DNA from: the human T2T-CHM13v2.0 reference genome, Homo sapiens
Length of the DNA stretch: 64,000 nucleotides
Strand: one strand, 5' to 3'
Assembly: GCF_009914755.1 (NCBI RefSeq)
Contig: NC_060947.1
In this document: positions 27,150 to 40,605 of the stretch, in pieces
How positions within the stretch are numbered: the stretch's first letter is position 1
Layout of the letters: every line of letters begins with the position of its first letter
Position numbers and translations under genes: made by a program
Notes under the pieces: model-generated
What the model was told of the DNA's origin: nothing
Database searches by the model: none
What the model saw: the letters and a program-made list of their open reading frames with translations, nothing else

Positions 27150-29165
27150 ATCCTATCAAAATACCAATGATGCTCTTCACAGAAAGAGAAAAAAAATCCT
27201 AAAATTCATATGGAACCACAATAGACCCAGAATAGCCAAATAAGTATTGAGCAAAAAGAACAAAGCTAAAGGCATCAATCACATTACCTGACTTCAAATT
27301 ATACTGTATAGTAACCAAAACAGCATGATACTGGCATTAAAAAAAACAACACATAGACCAATGGAACAGAATAGAAAGCCCAAAAATAAATCTACTTATT
27401 TATAGTCAATTCTTTTTTGACAAAGTCACCAAGAACATACATTGGGGAAAGGACAGTTTCTTTAATCAATGGTGCTGGAGAAACTGGTTATCCATATGCA
27501 GAAGAATAAAAGTAGACCCTTATCTCTCACCATATATACAGATCTAATCAAAATGGATTAAAATACCTGAAACTATGAAATTACTGGAAGAAAACATTGG
27601 AGAAATGCTTCCAGACATTGACCTGGGCAAAGATTTCTTTAGTAAGAACTCAAAAGCACAGTAACCAGAGCAAAAACTTAAAGATGGGATTACATCAAGC
27701 TAAAAAGCTTCTGCACAGCAAAGGAAGCAATCAACTAAGTGAAAGACAACCTACAGAATGATCGAAAATATTTGCGTACTATGCATCTGACAAGGGGTTT
27801 GTATTTAGAATATATGAGGAACTCAAACAACTCAATAGCAAAACCCCCAAATAATCCAATGAAAAATGGGCAAAAGATATGAATAGACATTTCTCAAAAG
27901 ATGACATACAAATGGCCAACAAGTATATGAAAAAATGCTCAATGTTGCTAATCATCCGTGAAATGCAAAACAAAACCACTGAGAGATATCATCTCACTTC
28001 AGTTAAAATGGCCGTCATTAAAAAGAAAGGAAGTAACAAATGCTGGTGATGATGTGGAGAAAGGGGAATGCTCGTACACTATAGGTGAGAATGTAAACTA
28101 GTACAACCACTATGGAAAATAGTTTGTAAATGACTCAAAAATCTAAAAATAAAAATACCATATGATCCAGAAATTCCACTGCTGAGAATATATCTAATAA
28201 AGAAGGAAATCGGCGTATTGAAGATATACCTGCACTCCCATGTTTTATTGCAGCACAATTCACATTAGCCAAGATACAGAATCAACCTATGTGTCCATTA
28301 ATGGATAAATAATAAAGAAAATGTGGTTCATTGAAATATTATTCTACCATAAAAAAGAATGAAATCTTGTTACTTTCAGCAAGGTGGATGGAACTGAAGG
28401 ACATTATGTTAAGTGAAATAAGCAAGGCACAGAAAGACAAATATTGAATGTTTTCACTCATGCGTGGGAGCTAAACAAATTGATTTCATGGTGGTAGTGA
28501 GTAAAATGGTGGTTACCAGAGGCTGGGAAGGGCAGTGGGGGGAGGGGATAAAGAGGGGTTATTTAATGGGCGCAAATACACAGTTAGAGGGAATATGTCG
28601 TGTTTGGCAGCACAAAGGCGTGACTATAGTAAACAATAATTTTTTTTTCTTTTATTATTATACTTTAAGTTTTAGGGTGCATGTGCACAATGTGCAGGTT
28701 AGTTACATATGTATACATGTGCCATGCTGGTGCGCTGCACCCACTAACTTGTCATCTAGCATTAGGTATATCTCCCAATGCTATCCCTCCCCCCTCCCCC
28801 CACCCCACAACAGTCCCCAGAGTGTGATATTCCCCTTCCTGTGTCCATGTGATCTCATTGTTCAATTCCCACCTATGAGTGAGAATATGCGGTGTTTGGT
28901 TTTTTGTCCTTGCGATAGTTTACTGAGAATGATGATTTCCAATTTCATCCATGTCCCTACAAAGGACATGAACTCTATCAAAATAACTGGAAGAGTATAT
29001 TTGAAATAATCCCAACACAAACAAATCATAAGTGTCTGAGGTCTGGTATCCCAATTACCAGATCTGATCACTATACATTGTATCCTTTTATGAAAATGTG
29101 ACATGTATCCCATTGATATATACAACTGCTCTGTATCTATAAAAAATTAAAAAGAAAAAAAGAGA
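27150..29165 (+). mobile_element. L1MA 5'-truncated element (ORF2 3' part, 3'UTR, A-tail), interrupted by L1PA2
   Basis: cctatcaaaataccaatg...tggaaccaca...agaatagccaaa, L1MA-type 3'UTR (ggttaccagaggctgggaagg, gtgactatagt) and A-rich end. Confidence 0.9.
28640..28975 (-). mobile_element. L1PA2-like 3' end (about 335 bp, 5'-truncated)
   Basis: Near-consensus young L1 3'UTR (ttattattatactttaagttttaggg...gtgtgatattcccc...gtgatctcattg...gagaatatgcgg); lacks the Ta ACA diagnostic. Confidence 0.9.
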
Positions 29166-29699
29166 AAATTTCCAGAATGCGTCATAGCAGCAGTGGATGT
29201 AGAAACAAGGAAAAAGGAAAAGAATTGCTATGTTGTACCCAGGCTAGACCTATGTGTTCCCAATTATCAGAACATCTCCTACCTAATCAAATGTTTTTAA
29301 TATCCATCAAAAATAGTTGAAGGTCTCCTATTGCTCCTGAGCATAGCAATGCAAACATTTGGCAGTGTTCACCCAAAGAACATGGGCCAGAAATGCCAGA
29401 TTATTTTATTTTGTCTGTGTTCTCTCTCTCATTATTCTCCCTTGCTTTACTGACCTATTATCTCCTGCCTACTCTGTGTCACATCTTCAAGCAGGCTTCC
29501 ATTGAAATCCTCCTGTCCCTTCTCCACCATCACTTCCCAATTTTATCATTCCTCATATTCATCCCAGATTCTTGTTCCTTGTCTCCTTTCCTGGACAACA
29601 CTGGAATGAGTAACTGACTTCTAATTATTCTGTTTTAAATTTTCCAGTTCAGAGAATTCACAATTTGAATCCAACCCCCGGGACAGGGAGGTTGGCTGA

Positions 29700-29882
29700 A
29701 GTCTTGTTATGCCAAGTATGGCTTGAGGACTAGCAGCATTCGCATCATATGGGAGATTGGTAGAAATATACAAGCTCAGATTTTACTACAGACGTTCTGA
29801 ATTAGACTCCATTTACCCGCATTTTAACAAGATTTCCTATGTAATTGTTTCTGCACATTGAAGCATGAGAAACACTGGACTA
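29700..29882. mobile_element. MER5A MITE
   Basis: gactagcagcattcgcatcatatgggagattggtagaaat...gcattttaacaagat...gcacattgaagcatgagaaacactg. Confidence 0.8.
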
Positions 29883-30552
29883 GACTTAAAGAGTGTAATT
29901 GGATTGGTCCTCAAACTTATTTTTAACAGCGCATCTTTCTCAAGAAAATAAACAGAGTACATTTACCTCAAAATATGAATGTAGCTGAATGTCACATTGG
30001 GAGTTTCAACTGAGGAACAAGGATACAGCACATACAACGTTCCAAAGTGTGTCCGCTGTACTAAATTCAAATTTTCAAAGAAAATAAAAGACTGCTAATT
30101 TTCTCAAATCCTGAAATCTTTTAAGGGTATTAAAGAGCAGACTTTGAAAAGTAAATTTGTGAGATTTCTCTGGAGGAAGCTGTTGTCATGCTATGATCTC
30201 ACCCGCTATCCCCATCAGTCCCAAGGTAGAGAGTTGGAGATGGCATGATCCCACCTCAATCCTGAAGAGAAGGATTTGAATGAAGCCAAGACGCTCATCT
30301 GTGTTTCTTGGGATTTTCAGAGTTCAGTGGACTGGACTATCACTACTGAGAAGCAAACCATAAAGTCAGGTCAGATGTGATGGTGAGCTCTTTGGTGACA
30401 AAACAAAGGAAAAGTGACTGTACAGAAATCAGCCTGCCCTCCAAGAGTTTGACAAGAGGAAATAATGAATGTTTTCCTTAGTCCACAAGCAAAAGAAAGC
30501 TGGAGACAACTTGACTCTGGCCCAAGAAACCCAATACAGAGGGTAAGGAGAC

Positions 30553-30940
30553 TGCTAAATGTAAATTCCAGAAGTCAGTCAGAAACATCCATTGATTACT
30601 TAAAGATGAGTCTATGAAACTCACTGCAATAAGGGAGAAGACCTATGTATCAAACACAGCAAAGTTGATTAGACTTACTGTAGTAAGAGAGACCTCGTGT
30701 AAGGGAGTCTTAAGAAAAGGGAAGTCAGGAGAGAATATTTACAGAATTTTAGAATCTGGGTTTGGTGATTTTAAGGCTGATCTTGTGAAGAAGGGAACTG
30801 TTTAATATCGGGCACAGTTTATGACATAAAAGCTTTGGGTTACTTTAGTGGATTCAGTCTTACGTTCCCAGAGAAACTATTTCCTGGAGCAAGTAGGTAA
30901 ATTATATATTTTTTATTCTCAGTAAGTGGCCTTTTATGAC
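30553..30940. mobile_element. Probable ancient LTR fragment
   Basis: caaagttgattagacttactgtagtaagagaga...aaggggaag-type purine blocks like old ERV LTRs; family not recognised. Confidence 0.3.
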
Positions 30941-30949
30941 AAAATTTCC

Positions 30950-31147
30950 TAGGGTTGAGGGGAGATGTGAATGGCAAATTATTGCTAATGGATATGGGCT
31001 TATTTTATGGGTGATGAAGAAGTTCTGAAATTAGATTGTGTTGATGGTTGCATAACTATGTGAATATACAACAAACATTGAATTATACAATATAGCAGAA
31101 TGAATTTTATGGTATGAGAATTACATATCAACAAACCTGTTATTAAA
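30950..31147 (+). mobile_element. L1MB/ME 3' end
   Basis: tgctaatggatatggg...gggtgatgaagaagttctgaaattagattgtgttgatggttgcataac...gaattttatggtatgagaattacatatcaa. Confidence 0.85.
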
Positions 31148-31404
31148 TACATATATACGTAGTAAGTTAGATTATGAGCGTGTGTGTGTCTCTAAATGTT
31201 TATGTGGTAGCAACTACTGATGGTCACTAGTCAACTCTGAGAGGGCCAGGACATTATAGACCTATCTATTTGTTTTTAAAAAAGAGCATAATAGCTCTAA
31301 TGTCAACTATGCTTTTTCTTGTGCTGTGTCAGGAGTTAACCTCTGTGGAGGAACAAAAGATTTGCATCAAAGACATAAATACTTTGGAAAACCGAAGCCT
31401 TGTA

Positions 31405-34400
31405 TTAATTTTTTAATGTTTAATTTTTGTAGGTACATAGTAAGTGTATATATTTGTGGGGAACATTAGATGTTTTGATATAGGGAAGCAATGCATAATA
31501 ATCACATCATGGGAAATTGAGTATGTATCCCCTCAAGTATTTCACCTTTGTGTTACAAATAATCCAATTATACTCATTTACTTGCTTTAAAGTGTACAAT
31601 TAAATTATTTTGACTACAGTCACCTCGTTGTTCTATCAAATACTAGGTACTAATAATAACATCATGGAAAACAGGGTATCCATAACTTCAGCAGTTATCC
31701 TTTCTGTTACAGACAATCAAATTACACTCCTTTAGTTGTTTAAAAATGCACCATTATTATTGACTATAGTCACCTGTTGTGCTATCAAATAGTAGGTCTT
31801 ATTCATTCTTTCTAACTATTTATTTTGAACACATTAACCATCTCCACCTCCCTGGCAACCCCTCACTACTCATTCTAGCATCTGGTAATCATTCTTCTAC
31901 TCTGTCCATGAGTTCGATTGTTTTTATTTTTAGATCCCACAGATAAGTGAGAACATGTGGTTTCTCTTTCTGTGCCTGGTTTATTTCACTTAACATAATG
32001 ACCTTCAGTTCTAACCATGTTGTTGCAAATTACAGGATCTCATTGGTTTTTATGGCTGAATAGTAGTTCATTGTGTATATGTACCACATTTTCTTTATCC
32101 ATTCATCTGTCGTCAGACACTTAGGTTGCATCCAAATCTTGGCTATTGCAAACAGTGCTACAACAAACATGAGAATGCAGATATCTCTTAAGTATACTGA
32201 TTTCCTTTCTTTTGGGTATATACTCAGCAGGGGGATTGCTTGATCATATGGCAGTTCAATTTTCAATTTTTTGAGGAACCTCCAAACTGTTTTCCATAGT
32301 GGTTGTACTAATTTACATTCCCACCAACAGTGTAAAAAGGATCCCTTTTCTCCATAACCTGGCCAGCACTTGTTATTGACTGTCTTTTGAATATAAGCCA
32401 TTTTAACAGTGGTGAGATGATATCTTATTGTAGTTGTGATTTCCATTTCTTTGATGATCAATGATCGTGAGCACCTTTTCATATACCTCTTTGTCATTTC
32501 TATGTCTTTTATTGAGAAATCTCTATTCAAAATTTTGCCCATTTTTTACCGGATTATTATATTTTTTCTCTATAGGGTTGTTTGAGCTCCTTATGTATTC
32601 TGGTTATTAATCGCTGATCAGATGGATAGCTTGCCAATATTTTCTCCCATTCTGTGGGTTATCTCTTCTCTTTGTTTACTGTTTCCTTTGCTGGTCAGAA
32701 GCTTTTTAACTTGTAATCCCATTTGTCCATTTTTGAGATGGTTGTCTGTGCTTGTCGGGTACAGCTCAAGAAATTTTTGCCCAGATCTATGTCTTGGAGA
32801 TTTTCATCAATGTTTTCTTGTAGTAGTTTCATAGTTTGAAGTCTTAGATTTAAGATTTTAGTCCATTTTGATTTGATGTTTGTATATGATGAGAGATAGG
32901 TGTCTAGTTTCATTCCTTTGCATATGGATAACCAGTTTTCCTAGCACCATTTATTGAAGACACTCTTTTCCCCAATATATGTTCTTAGCATCTCTGTCAA
33001 AAAATTAGTTCCCTGTAAATTTATGCATTGTTTCTGGGTTCTCTATTCTATTTCATTGGTCTATGTGTCTGTTTTTATGCCAATACCATGCTGTCTGGGT
33101 TACTATAACAATGTAGTATAATTTAAAGTTAGGTAATGTGATTCTTCCAGTTTCATTCTTGTTGCTTAGGATAGCTTTGGCTATTCTGGGTCTCTTATGG
33201 TTCCATATATATTTTAGAATTGTTTTTTCTACTTTTGTGAAGAATATCATAGGTATTTTCATAGGGATTGCATGGTCTCTGTAGATTGCTTTGGGTAGCA
33301 TATACATATTAACAGTATTGATTCTTGCAATCTATGAACAAGGAACGACATTCCATTTTTTGGTATCCTCTTCAATTTCTTTCTTCAGTGTTTTATAGTT
33401 TTTATTATAGAGTTCTTTCACTTCTTTGGTTAATTCCAAAGTATGTAATTTTATTTGTGGCTACTGTAAATGAGATTACTTTTTAAAATTTCTTTTTCAA
33501 GTTGTTCATTGTTGGCATATACAAATGCTACTGATTTTTCTATGTTGATTTTGTATACTGCAACTTTACTAAATTTATTTAACATTTCTAATAGTTTTTT
33601 GTGGCATCTTTAGGTTTTTCCAAACATAAGATCATATCATCTGCAAATAAGAATAATTTGATTTCTTCCTTTCCAATTTTGATGCCCTTTATTTCTTTCT
33701 CTTGTCTGATTGCTCTATGTTAAATAATAGTGGTGACAGTGAACATCTTTTGCATGTTCTAGATGTCAGAGGAAAGGCTTTCAGTTTTTCCCCATTCAGT
33801 ATGATACTAGCTGTGGTTCTGTCGTACATGGCTTTTATTATGTTGTGGTATGTTCCCTCTAAACTCAGCATTTTCAGGTTTTTTTAATCATGAAGGGATG
33901 TTGAACTTTATTAACTGCTTTTTCAGCATCAATTGAAATGGTCATATGATTTTTGTCCTTCATTCTGGTGATATGATATATCATATTTTTTATTTTCAGT
34001 TGTCGAACCATCTTTGCATCCCAGGGATAAATTTCACTTGGTCATGATGAATGATCTTCTTGTAATATTGTTGAATTCAGTCTGCTAGTATGTGGTTGAG
34101 GATTTTTGTATCAATATTCATTAGAGATATTGTCCTGTAGTTTTATATTTTACGGGTCTTTGTCTGGTTTTGGTATCAAGGTAATACTGTCCTTGTTGAA
34201 TGAGTTTGGAAGTATTTCCTCCTCTTCTAATTTTCAGAATAGTGTAAGAAGAATTCACATTAATTCTGCTTTAAAAGTTTGGTAGAGGTCCAGGCGCAGT
34301 GGCTCACGCCTGTAATCCCAGCGCTTTGGGAGGCCAAGGTGGAAGGATCACAAGGTCAGGAGATCGAGACCATCCTGGCCAACATGGGGAAACCCTGTCT

Positions 34401-35090
34401 CTACTAAAAATACAAAAATTAGCCTGGCATGGTGGTGGGTGCCTGTAATCTCAGCTACTCAGGAGGCTGAGGCAGGAGAATCACTTGAAACCGGAAGGCA
34501 GAGGTTGTAATGAGCCGAGATCCCGCCACTGCACTCTAGCCTGGATGAAAGAGCGAAAATCCAACTAAAAAAAAAAAAAAAGAAACAAAATGTTTGGTAG
34601 AATTCAGCAGTAAAGCCATTGGGTCTGAGACTTTTCTTTACTGGGAGACTCTTTACTATGGCCTCAATGTTGTTAGTTATTACTGGTCTGTTCTGGTTTT
34701 GGATTTCTCCCTGGTTCAATCTTGGTAGGTTTTATGTATCAAGAAATTGGTCAATTAAAAAAAAATCCACAACTTTTGCTTTCACTGATCTTTTGTATTG
34801 TTTTCTTCATTTCAAATTCATTTATTTTTGCTGTAATTTTTATTATTTCCTTTCCTGTATGAATTTTGGATTTGGTTTTCTCTTGCTTTTCCAGTTTTTA
34901 AAGATGCATCATTAGATTGTTTATTTGATGTTTTTCTTCTTTTTTGATGTAGTCACTTATAGCTATAAACTTCCCTCTGACTAATGGCTTTGCTCTACCA
35001 CATAGGCTTTGGTATGTTGTGTTTCCTTTATCATTTGTTTCAAGAAATTTTTCAATTTATCTTAATTTCTTCACTGACCCACAGACTGGT
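31405..35090 (-). mobile_element. L1MA1/2-like element, 5'-truncated, decayed ORF2 (source of the ORFs at 32030, 32695, 33053, 33689)
   Basis: L1MA 3'UTR at the left end; translated pieces match L1 ORF2 ([35 protein letters not shown]); interrupted by an Alu. Confidence 0.93.
34287..34587 (+). mobile_element. AluSc-like inserted in L1MA ORF2
   Basis: gatcacaaggtcaggagatcgagaccatcc; TSD aaa(a/t)gtttggtaga on both sides. Confidence 0.95.
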
Positions 35091-35120
35091 ACCTGTTAGC
35101 ACTCTTTGGAAATAGCTATT

Positions 35121-35872
35121 CAACATAACTAATTATCAGGGAAATGCAAATCAAAACCACAATGTGATATCACCTCACTCCTACAAGAATGGCCATTATT
35201 AAAAATAAAAAAAAATAGATGTTGGTGGGGATGCAGTGAAAAAGGGAACAATTTTACACTATTGGTGGGAATGTAAACTAGCACAACCACTATGGAAAAC
35301 AGTGTGGAGATTTCTTAAAGAACTAAAAGTAGATCTACCATTTGATGCAGCAATCCCACTACTAGGCATCTACCCAGAGGAAAAGAAGTCATTATACGAA
35401 AAAGATATTTGCATACGTGTTTTTATAATAGAACAATTTGCAATTGCAAAAATATTAAACCAGCCCAAATGCTCATGAATCAACAAGTGGATAAAGAAAA
35501 TGTGGCATATATATACAATGGAATACTACTCAGCCATAAAAAAGAAAGAAATAATGGCAGTCATAGCAACTTGGATGGAATTGGAGACTATTATTCTAAG
35601 TGAAGCAACTCAAGAAAGGAAAACCAAACATCGTATGTTCTCACTCATATGTGGGAGCTAAGCCATGAGAATGCAAAAGTGTAAGAATGATACATTGGAC
35701 TTTGGGGATTTGGGGAAAATGTCACAGGGTGGCAAGGAATAAAAGAGTACACATTAGGTACAGTGTACACTGCTTAGGTGATGGGTGCACCATAATCTCA
35801 GAAATAACCACTAAAGAACTTATTCATGTAACCAAACACCGCCTTAAAAAGTAAATAAATAAAAAAGAAAAA
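35121..35872 (+). mobile_element. L1PB1-like 3' end
   Basis: gaactaaaagtagatctaccatttga...tacagtgtacactgcttaggtgatgggtgcacc...accactaaagaacttattcatgtaacc plus A-tail. Confidence 0.88.
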
Positions 35873-36320
35873 TTGATGATATATCAAAAAAAAATCAGTT
35901 GTACAATAAAGAAGAATTACCTTAAAATTCATGTGAAAAAAAACCCCACAACCAACCAACCAACCAACCAATACAACAAACAAAACATCCTGGATTTTAG
36001 TTCTGTCAAAGCTCAATACAAGTCAAGTATAATTTGGCAACTGAGAAACTCTTAGGTTGCTATAATAGTAATATGAAATATTAGATTAATGTGAAATATC
36101 ATATTAATATGGAATCTTAGATAAGCTTTGTTGAATCTATCCTGGCATTAGAATTAGTGATTCACTAGGAAATTGTTGAGGGGAGTTTTATTTCTACTAC
36201 CCAGAGTATGTTTCTTTTCTCAATGTAAAAGAGTTTATAGTTCATGTGTTCCTGCCATAATTGAATCAAAAAGCATTCTTACACATAATTTGACTTCTCC
36301 AATAATATTTTTAAAATATT

Positions 36321-36618
36321 GGTTGAGTGCGGTGGCTCACGCCTCTCAGCACTTTGGGAAGCCAAGGCGGGCGGATCACCTGAGGTCAGGAGTTCAATGC
36401 CAGCCTGGCCAATATGGTGAAACCCCCTCTCTACTAGAAATACAAAAATTAGCCAGGTGTGGTGGTGCACACTTGTAATCTCAGCTACTTGGGAGGCTGA
36501 GGCAAGAGAATCACTTGAACCCAGGAGGCAGAGGTTGCAGTGAGCCAAGATCACGCCATTGCACTCCAGCCTGGATGACAGAGTGAGACTTGGTCTCAAA
36601 AAAAAGAAAGAAAGAAAG
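36321..36618 (+). mobile_element. AluSx-like
   Basis: Alu dimer with (AAAG)n tail; aaatatt on both flanks; small deletion near the 5' end. Confidence 0.95.
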
Positions 36619-37697
36619 AAATATTAAGCAAGTATTTTTAGAAAATGCACAATATAGATCCTAGACTGTGACCCTCAAGTGTACTATTTTACTCATCTTG
36701 AACTCAATACTTTACTGATGCTTACAGTATATTATTAACATATTCATCACCATATTTGCTGATGATTCAAAGAAAACTATTGTCTCTTGTTAGAAAATAA
36801 TTTTCACTTACAGAAGGAAAACGACATTAAACCAAGGAAATCAATTTTACTTTAGAAACAATAAGATGTTGGAGGAAATAGTTTGTCAGTTGATAACATT
36901 ATGAAAACCTGAAACATCCTATAATGGAAATGAACAAACAGACATGGCTGCCACTCTTGACTATGTAAATTTATGAGGAGTTGTTTCACATCTATTTTTC
37001 ATGGTAGATAGATGTGACTTTATTATTTTATTGTGCTGGTTTCCTAATTTCCTAAGCACAAGGTAACGATCACCAGTGACTAGTGGATGATACATACAAA
37101 AATAGAAACAATAGAAATTATCTATGAGAAGGATGTGGAATAGGAAAATTTAAGGACTGTAATTCGAAACTAGTGATAGTATTATTATTCAAAATAATAG
37201 CTTCATTTGTTTTGAGCAACTATTATTTCCAGACACAAAGCCAGGTCCTTTAAAATGCAGCTTTGCTTTGTATTTTGATAAACATGATCTCAAATGTTGC
37301 CTACACTATTACCCAAAAGCAAGTACTCTGTTTTGATGAGTATAAATTATCCTGGATGGTTTTCCAGAAAAAAGGAACACTTTTAACAATCTGTATCAAA
37401 GACAGATTACTCTAATGTGGATATAATTAAGAGAGAATGACCAACCATCCAGTGAAATATCTGAAAATTGAATTTGAAAATTAATTAAATGATAATAAAA
37501 GCCTATTATAAAATGCAAAAAAATGATTAAAACTAACTGGGTTAGAAGTATCTTGCTAAATCACAGGGCTTGGAGAAAATTCTCTACAGATACAACATAA
37601 AGGGCAAAAAAAGAGTTTCTCTGTTATTCTTGGTCTGGTGAGTTCACTGATGCCCATCATGAGGTTGGAAATGGGAAAGTGACCTACTAGCATGTAA

Positions 37698-37878
37698 GGC
37701 AGCCTAGTGAGGTGCAAGAATCACTGAACTAGAAGTCAATAGTTCTTGGTCCTTGCTCGCTGTTTCACTTTGAGGAAGTTATTTCTCTTCTTTGAGCCTT
37801 AGCTTTTTCATTCATAAAATAAAGGAATTGGAATAAATGATGGTCGAGGTCTTTTTATGTTCCAAAATACTGTAATTA
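37698..37878 (+). mobile_element. MIR3/MIRc fragment
   Basis: gcagcctagtg...ctgaactagaagtca...tttgagccttagctttttcattcataaaataaaggaattgga. Confidence 0.65.
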
Positions 37879-38084
37879 CTAGATAACTAAATGCATTTTT
37901 ATTGTCTTGCATTCATATTTTACACATTTATTGTGAAATATTGATTTATCTATTACAGCAGTTTGGCCTATCCCAAGATGAGGGGAATTTAATTAATAAA
38001 TGGAATAAATAAAATGCTTTTAGACTTGCTTTTCATACAGTTTTGAAATTGGCATGCACTCCTAAAACACAGATGGGAACGGTA

Positions 38085-38106
38085 TCTCTGTCTCTGTCTC
38101 TCTCTT

Positions 38107-38161
<55 letters not shown>

Positions 38162-38168
38162 CACACAC
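38085..38168. repeat. Compound (TC)n(CA)n microsatellite
   Basis: Direct reading. Confidence 0.95.
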
Positions 38169-40375
38169 ATACATCTCTACCTTCATTATCCGTATCATTT
38201 CTGATTATATCCGGCAACTAGAAGGCAGTCTCAGCATATATAGCAGTCATGACCTCAGATATCTTCTATTTTGAGGCACCAGGCTGTCCAGGAGTCAAGA
38301 CAGTGAAACAAGTCAGCAATAATATACTAAATGCCTGCCTGAGTCTGACCTGCACCAGGAGATAGGAAAGACAAATATGGCAAGAGTACTTCCTCTTTAG
38401 GAGCTTATATAGAAACTAAGTGTTAGATAAACTGGAGCCCAAGACTCTTCTGTATCTGATTCCATTATAACTCTCTTTAACCATCTGATTAAATCAAGGG
38501 TGTCAATATCTCTGAAGACTATGTAGACCCTGTGCACAGGGAGAAAAAATGTTTTTATCTCCATATGGCTCATGAGGAAACATTTAGTGTCATAAGCACC
38601 TTGCTGCTACATTGTGTCAAATCTTTGGCTTGAGGTAACAGGACAAGCAGTATCTTAACACCTGGAGCTGAAAATAGAACAGCCTAGTTTTCATCAGAGG
38701 AAATAGTGGCCCATGACTCAGAGTTCTAGATCAAAGGTCTGTCACTAGTTGGAGCATGTTTAGACATATAATCTCCATTTAGTGTTACGTCTTAATTGAC
38801 AAACATGGAATAATGCTGCTGCCTGACCTGGCAACAGGGTAGATAGAAGTGGCTATTAAAATTCATTACATTGTTGGAAGTGAAGAGAGGGACACATTGA
38901 TTCTGTACATTGAGTTTAAACTGAAAGATATAACTTTTTCTGGTTTCTCTAATACATGATTTTTGAAATAAGCCATTAAGAAAGTTGATGGAACATTTGT
39001 GTAACATCAGATGTTAATTTAATCTTAAGTAAAGTGACTTTCTTCCATCACATAGTAGAAAATGACAATTGCGGTTAATGAACTGTGGATCCACTTTGGA
39101 AATAATAATTTTACTTACCTTCCAGCCACTAATTTAAGTGCTTATCAATTAGTTATTACGTACCCTGAATTTTAGTCAGTAAGATTTACTTCACTTATTA
39201 AAATTCAAAAGAACCAATAAAGAATTATTTGAGAATTACTTCAGTAATATTTTAGGAAAAGTAATGGTTATTTTTGACATGATATATAGTGCATAATTTT
39301 GTCTTTTTAGTTTATAATTGCATCTGGATAGGCAAATAAAATAACTGACAGCAAAAATAAAACTTGTTAATGCCATGTCATCAGCAATTTTTGTGAAACA
39401 AGCATTGGAGAGCAACAAAACTAGTCAGAGGCCTGAGGTATTTTTGCACTGTCACTTAACATAGAAATAGCCATCCAAATTTTGTTTCTATAACCTCGAG
39501 GAAATCTAAAAACCTTCAGCATTCATCAAATGATGACTTCACTGTTGCCTCATTAAAGCCTTGGGTGTCAAAATGTACAATGATCAAGATTGTGAGTGCC
39601 ATTATTTGTCATATTTTCAGGATTTTCTGATTTGCATGTAGTACCTGCACATATTCATGTAACATTAGAGAAATCCACTATCCCACATGCTTCTATTGGG
39701 CATTATCTATTATAATACAATCTATTAAATAAGATATTATTCAATTCTTTTTATTTTAATATTATTAGCTCTATATTTGTTTGCTTCATAAGAAGGCATT
39801 TTTTTCAAAAGAACTTAATGACTGAATGGTCCTTAAATTACAAGCCACACAGCTAGCACACAATCCAAACCTCAGGAAACCATGGTGTGAAAAAATGAAT
39901 TTACAGCAAATCATCCAAAGCCTGGAGCAGTGAATCAATGTACAGGGAGAGCATAGCACTTGACCTCTTCCCAATTTCCTTTCGTCATGTCCAGTGTTTG
40001 TTTATTCTCTGCTAAAGTGTGCTGAGCCATGTTGGCAAATACTATCATGGGATGTTTCCATTGTTTATTGTGTGGCATAAAGTTTCTTTCAAAATAAAAG
40101 CAAGACCCTCTCTGTTGCAGCTCTGGAATGTTTCTCATCACTGGAAGTGTGGGGTCTGACTTACTCTTTATACCTAATTTCTGCTACTTTCTGGGCTGGT
40201 ACGGGGAAAGTCTGCAGATTTGGTTTGTTGAATCTAAAAGTTTTTAAGACAAAGAGATCATTTGGTTCAATAATTCATATCCAGCTTAAATCTGTTACAC
40301 AACAGGAGTGGAGGGAAGAAATACGAGGAAGAGTACATTTTATTGTTGCTGCTGCTGCATGAGTCGGGATCTATG

Positions 40376-40605
40376 AGTAGTGTTGTGTTGGGTGCTATAT
40401 GCATGAGACAGACACAGTTTCAAATCCCAGCTCTACAATTGACTATTTCTGCGATGTCGGGCTCGCAGCCTCCTTAGGTTTCAGTTTATTCACAGACTAA
40501 ATGTTGTTAATTCCTGCCTCTCAGGGTTGTGTAGGGTTAACTGAGATCATGAGTGTATAGCACTTAACATTGTACATGGTACATAGTTACAGGCTGTGGT
40601 TATTG
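40376..40605 (+). mobile_element. MIR (MIRb-like)
   Basis: ttcaaatcccagctctac...cctgcctctcagggttgtgtagggttaactgagat...agcacttaaca...tggtacatagt. Confidence 0.8.

Noticed and set aside
28464-29009. Longest ORF in the track (181 aa)
   Set aside because: Chance read-through of an L1MA 3'UTR into the antisense L1PA2 3'UTR, including a poly-F run from the T-tract; no coding features
32030-32542. 170-aa ORF with a CCHC-like C-terminal motif
   Set aside because: L1 ORF2 C-terminal remnant; the rest of ORF2 is broken by stops, frameshifts and an Alu
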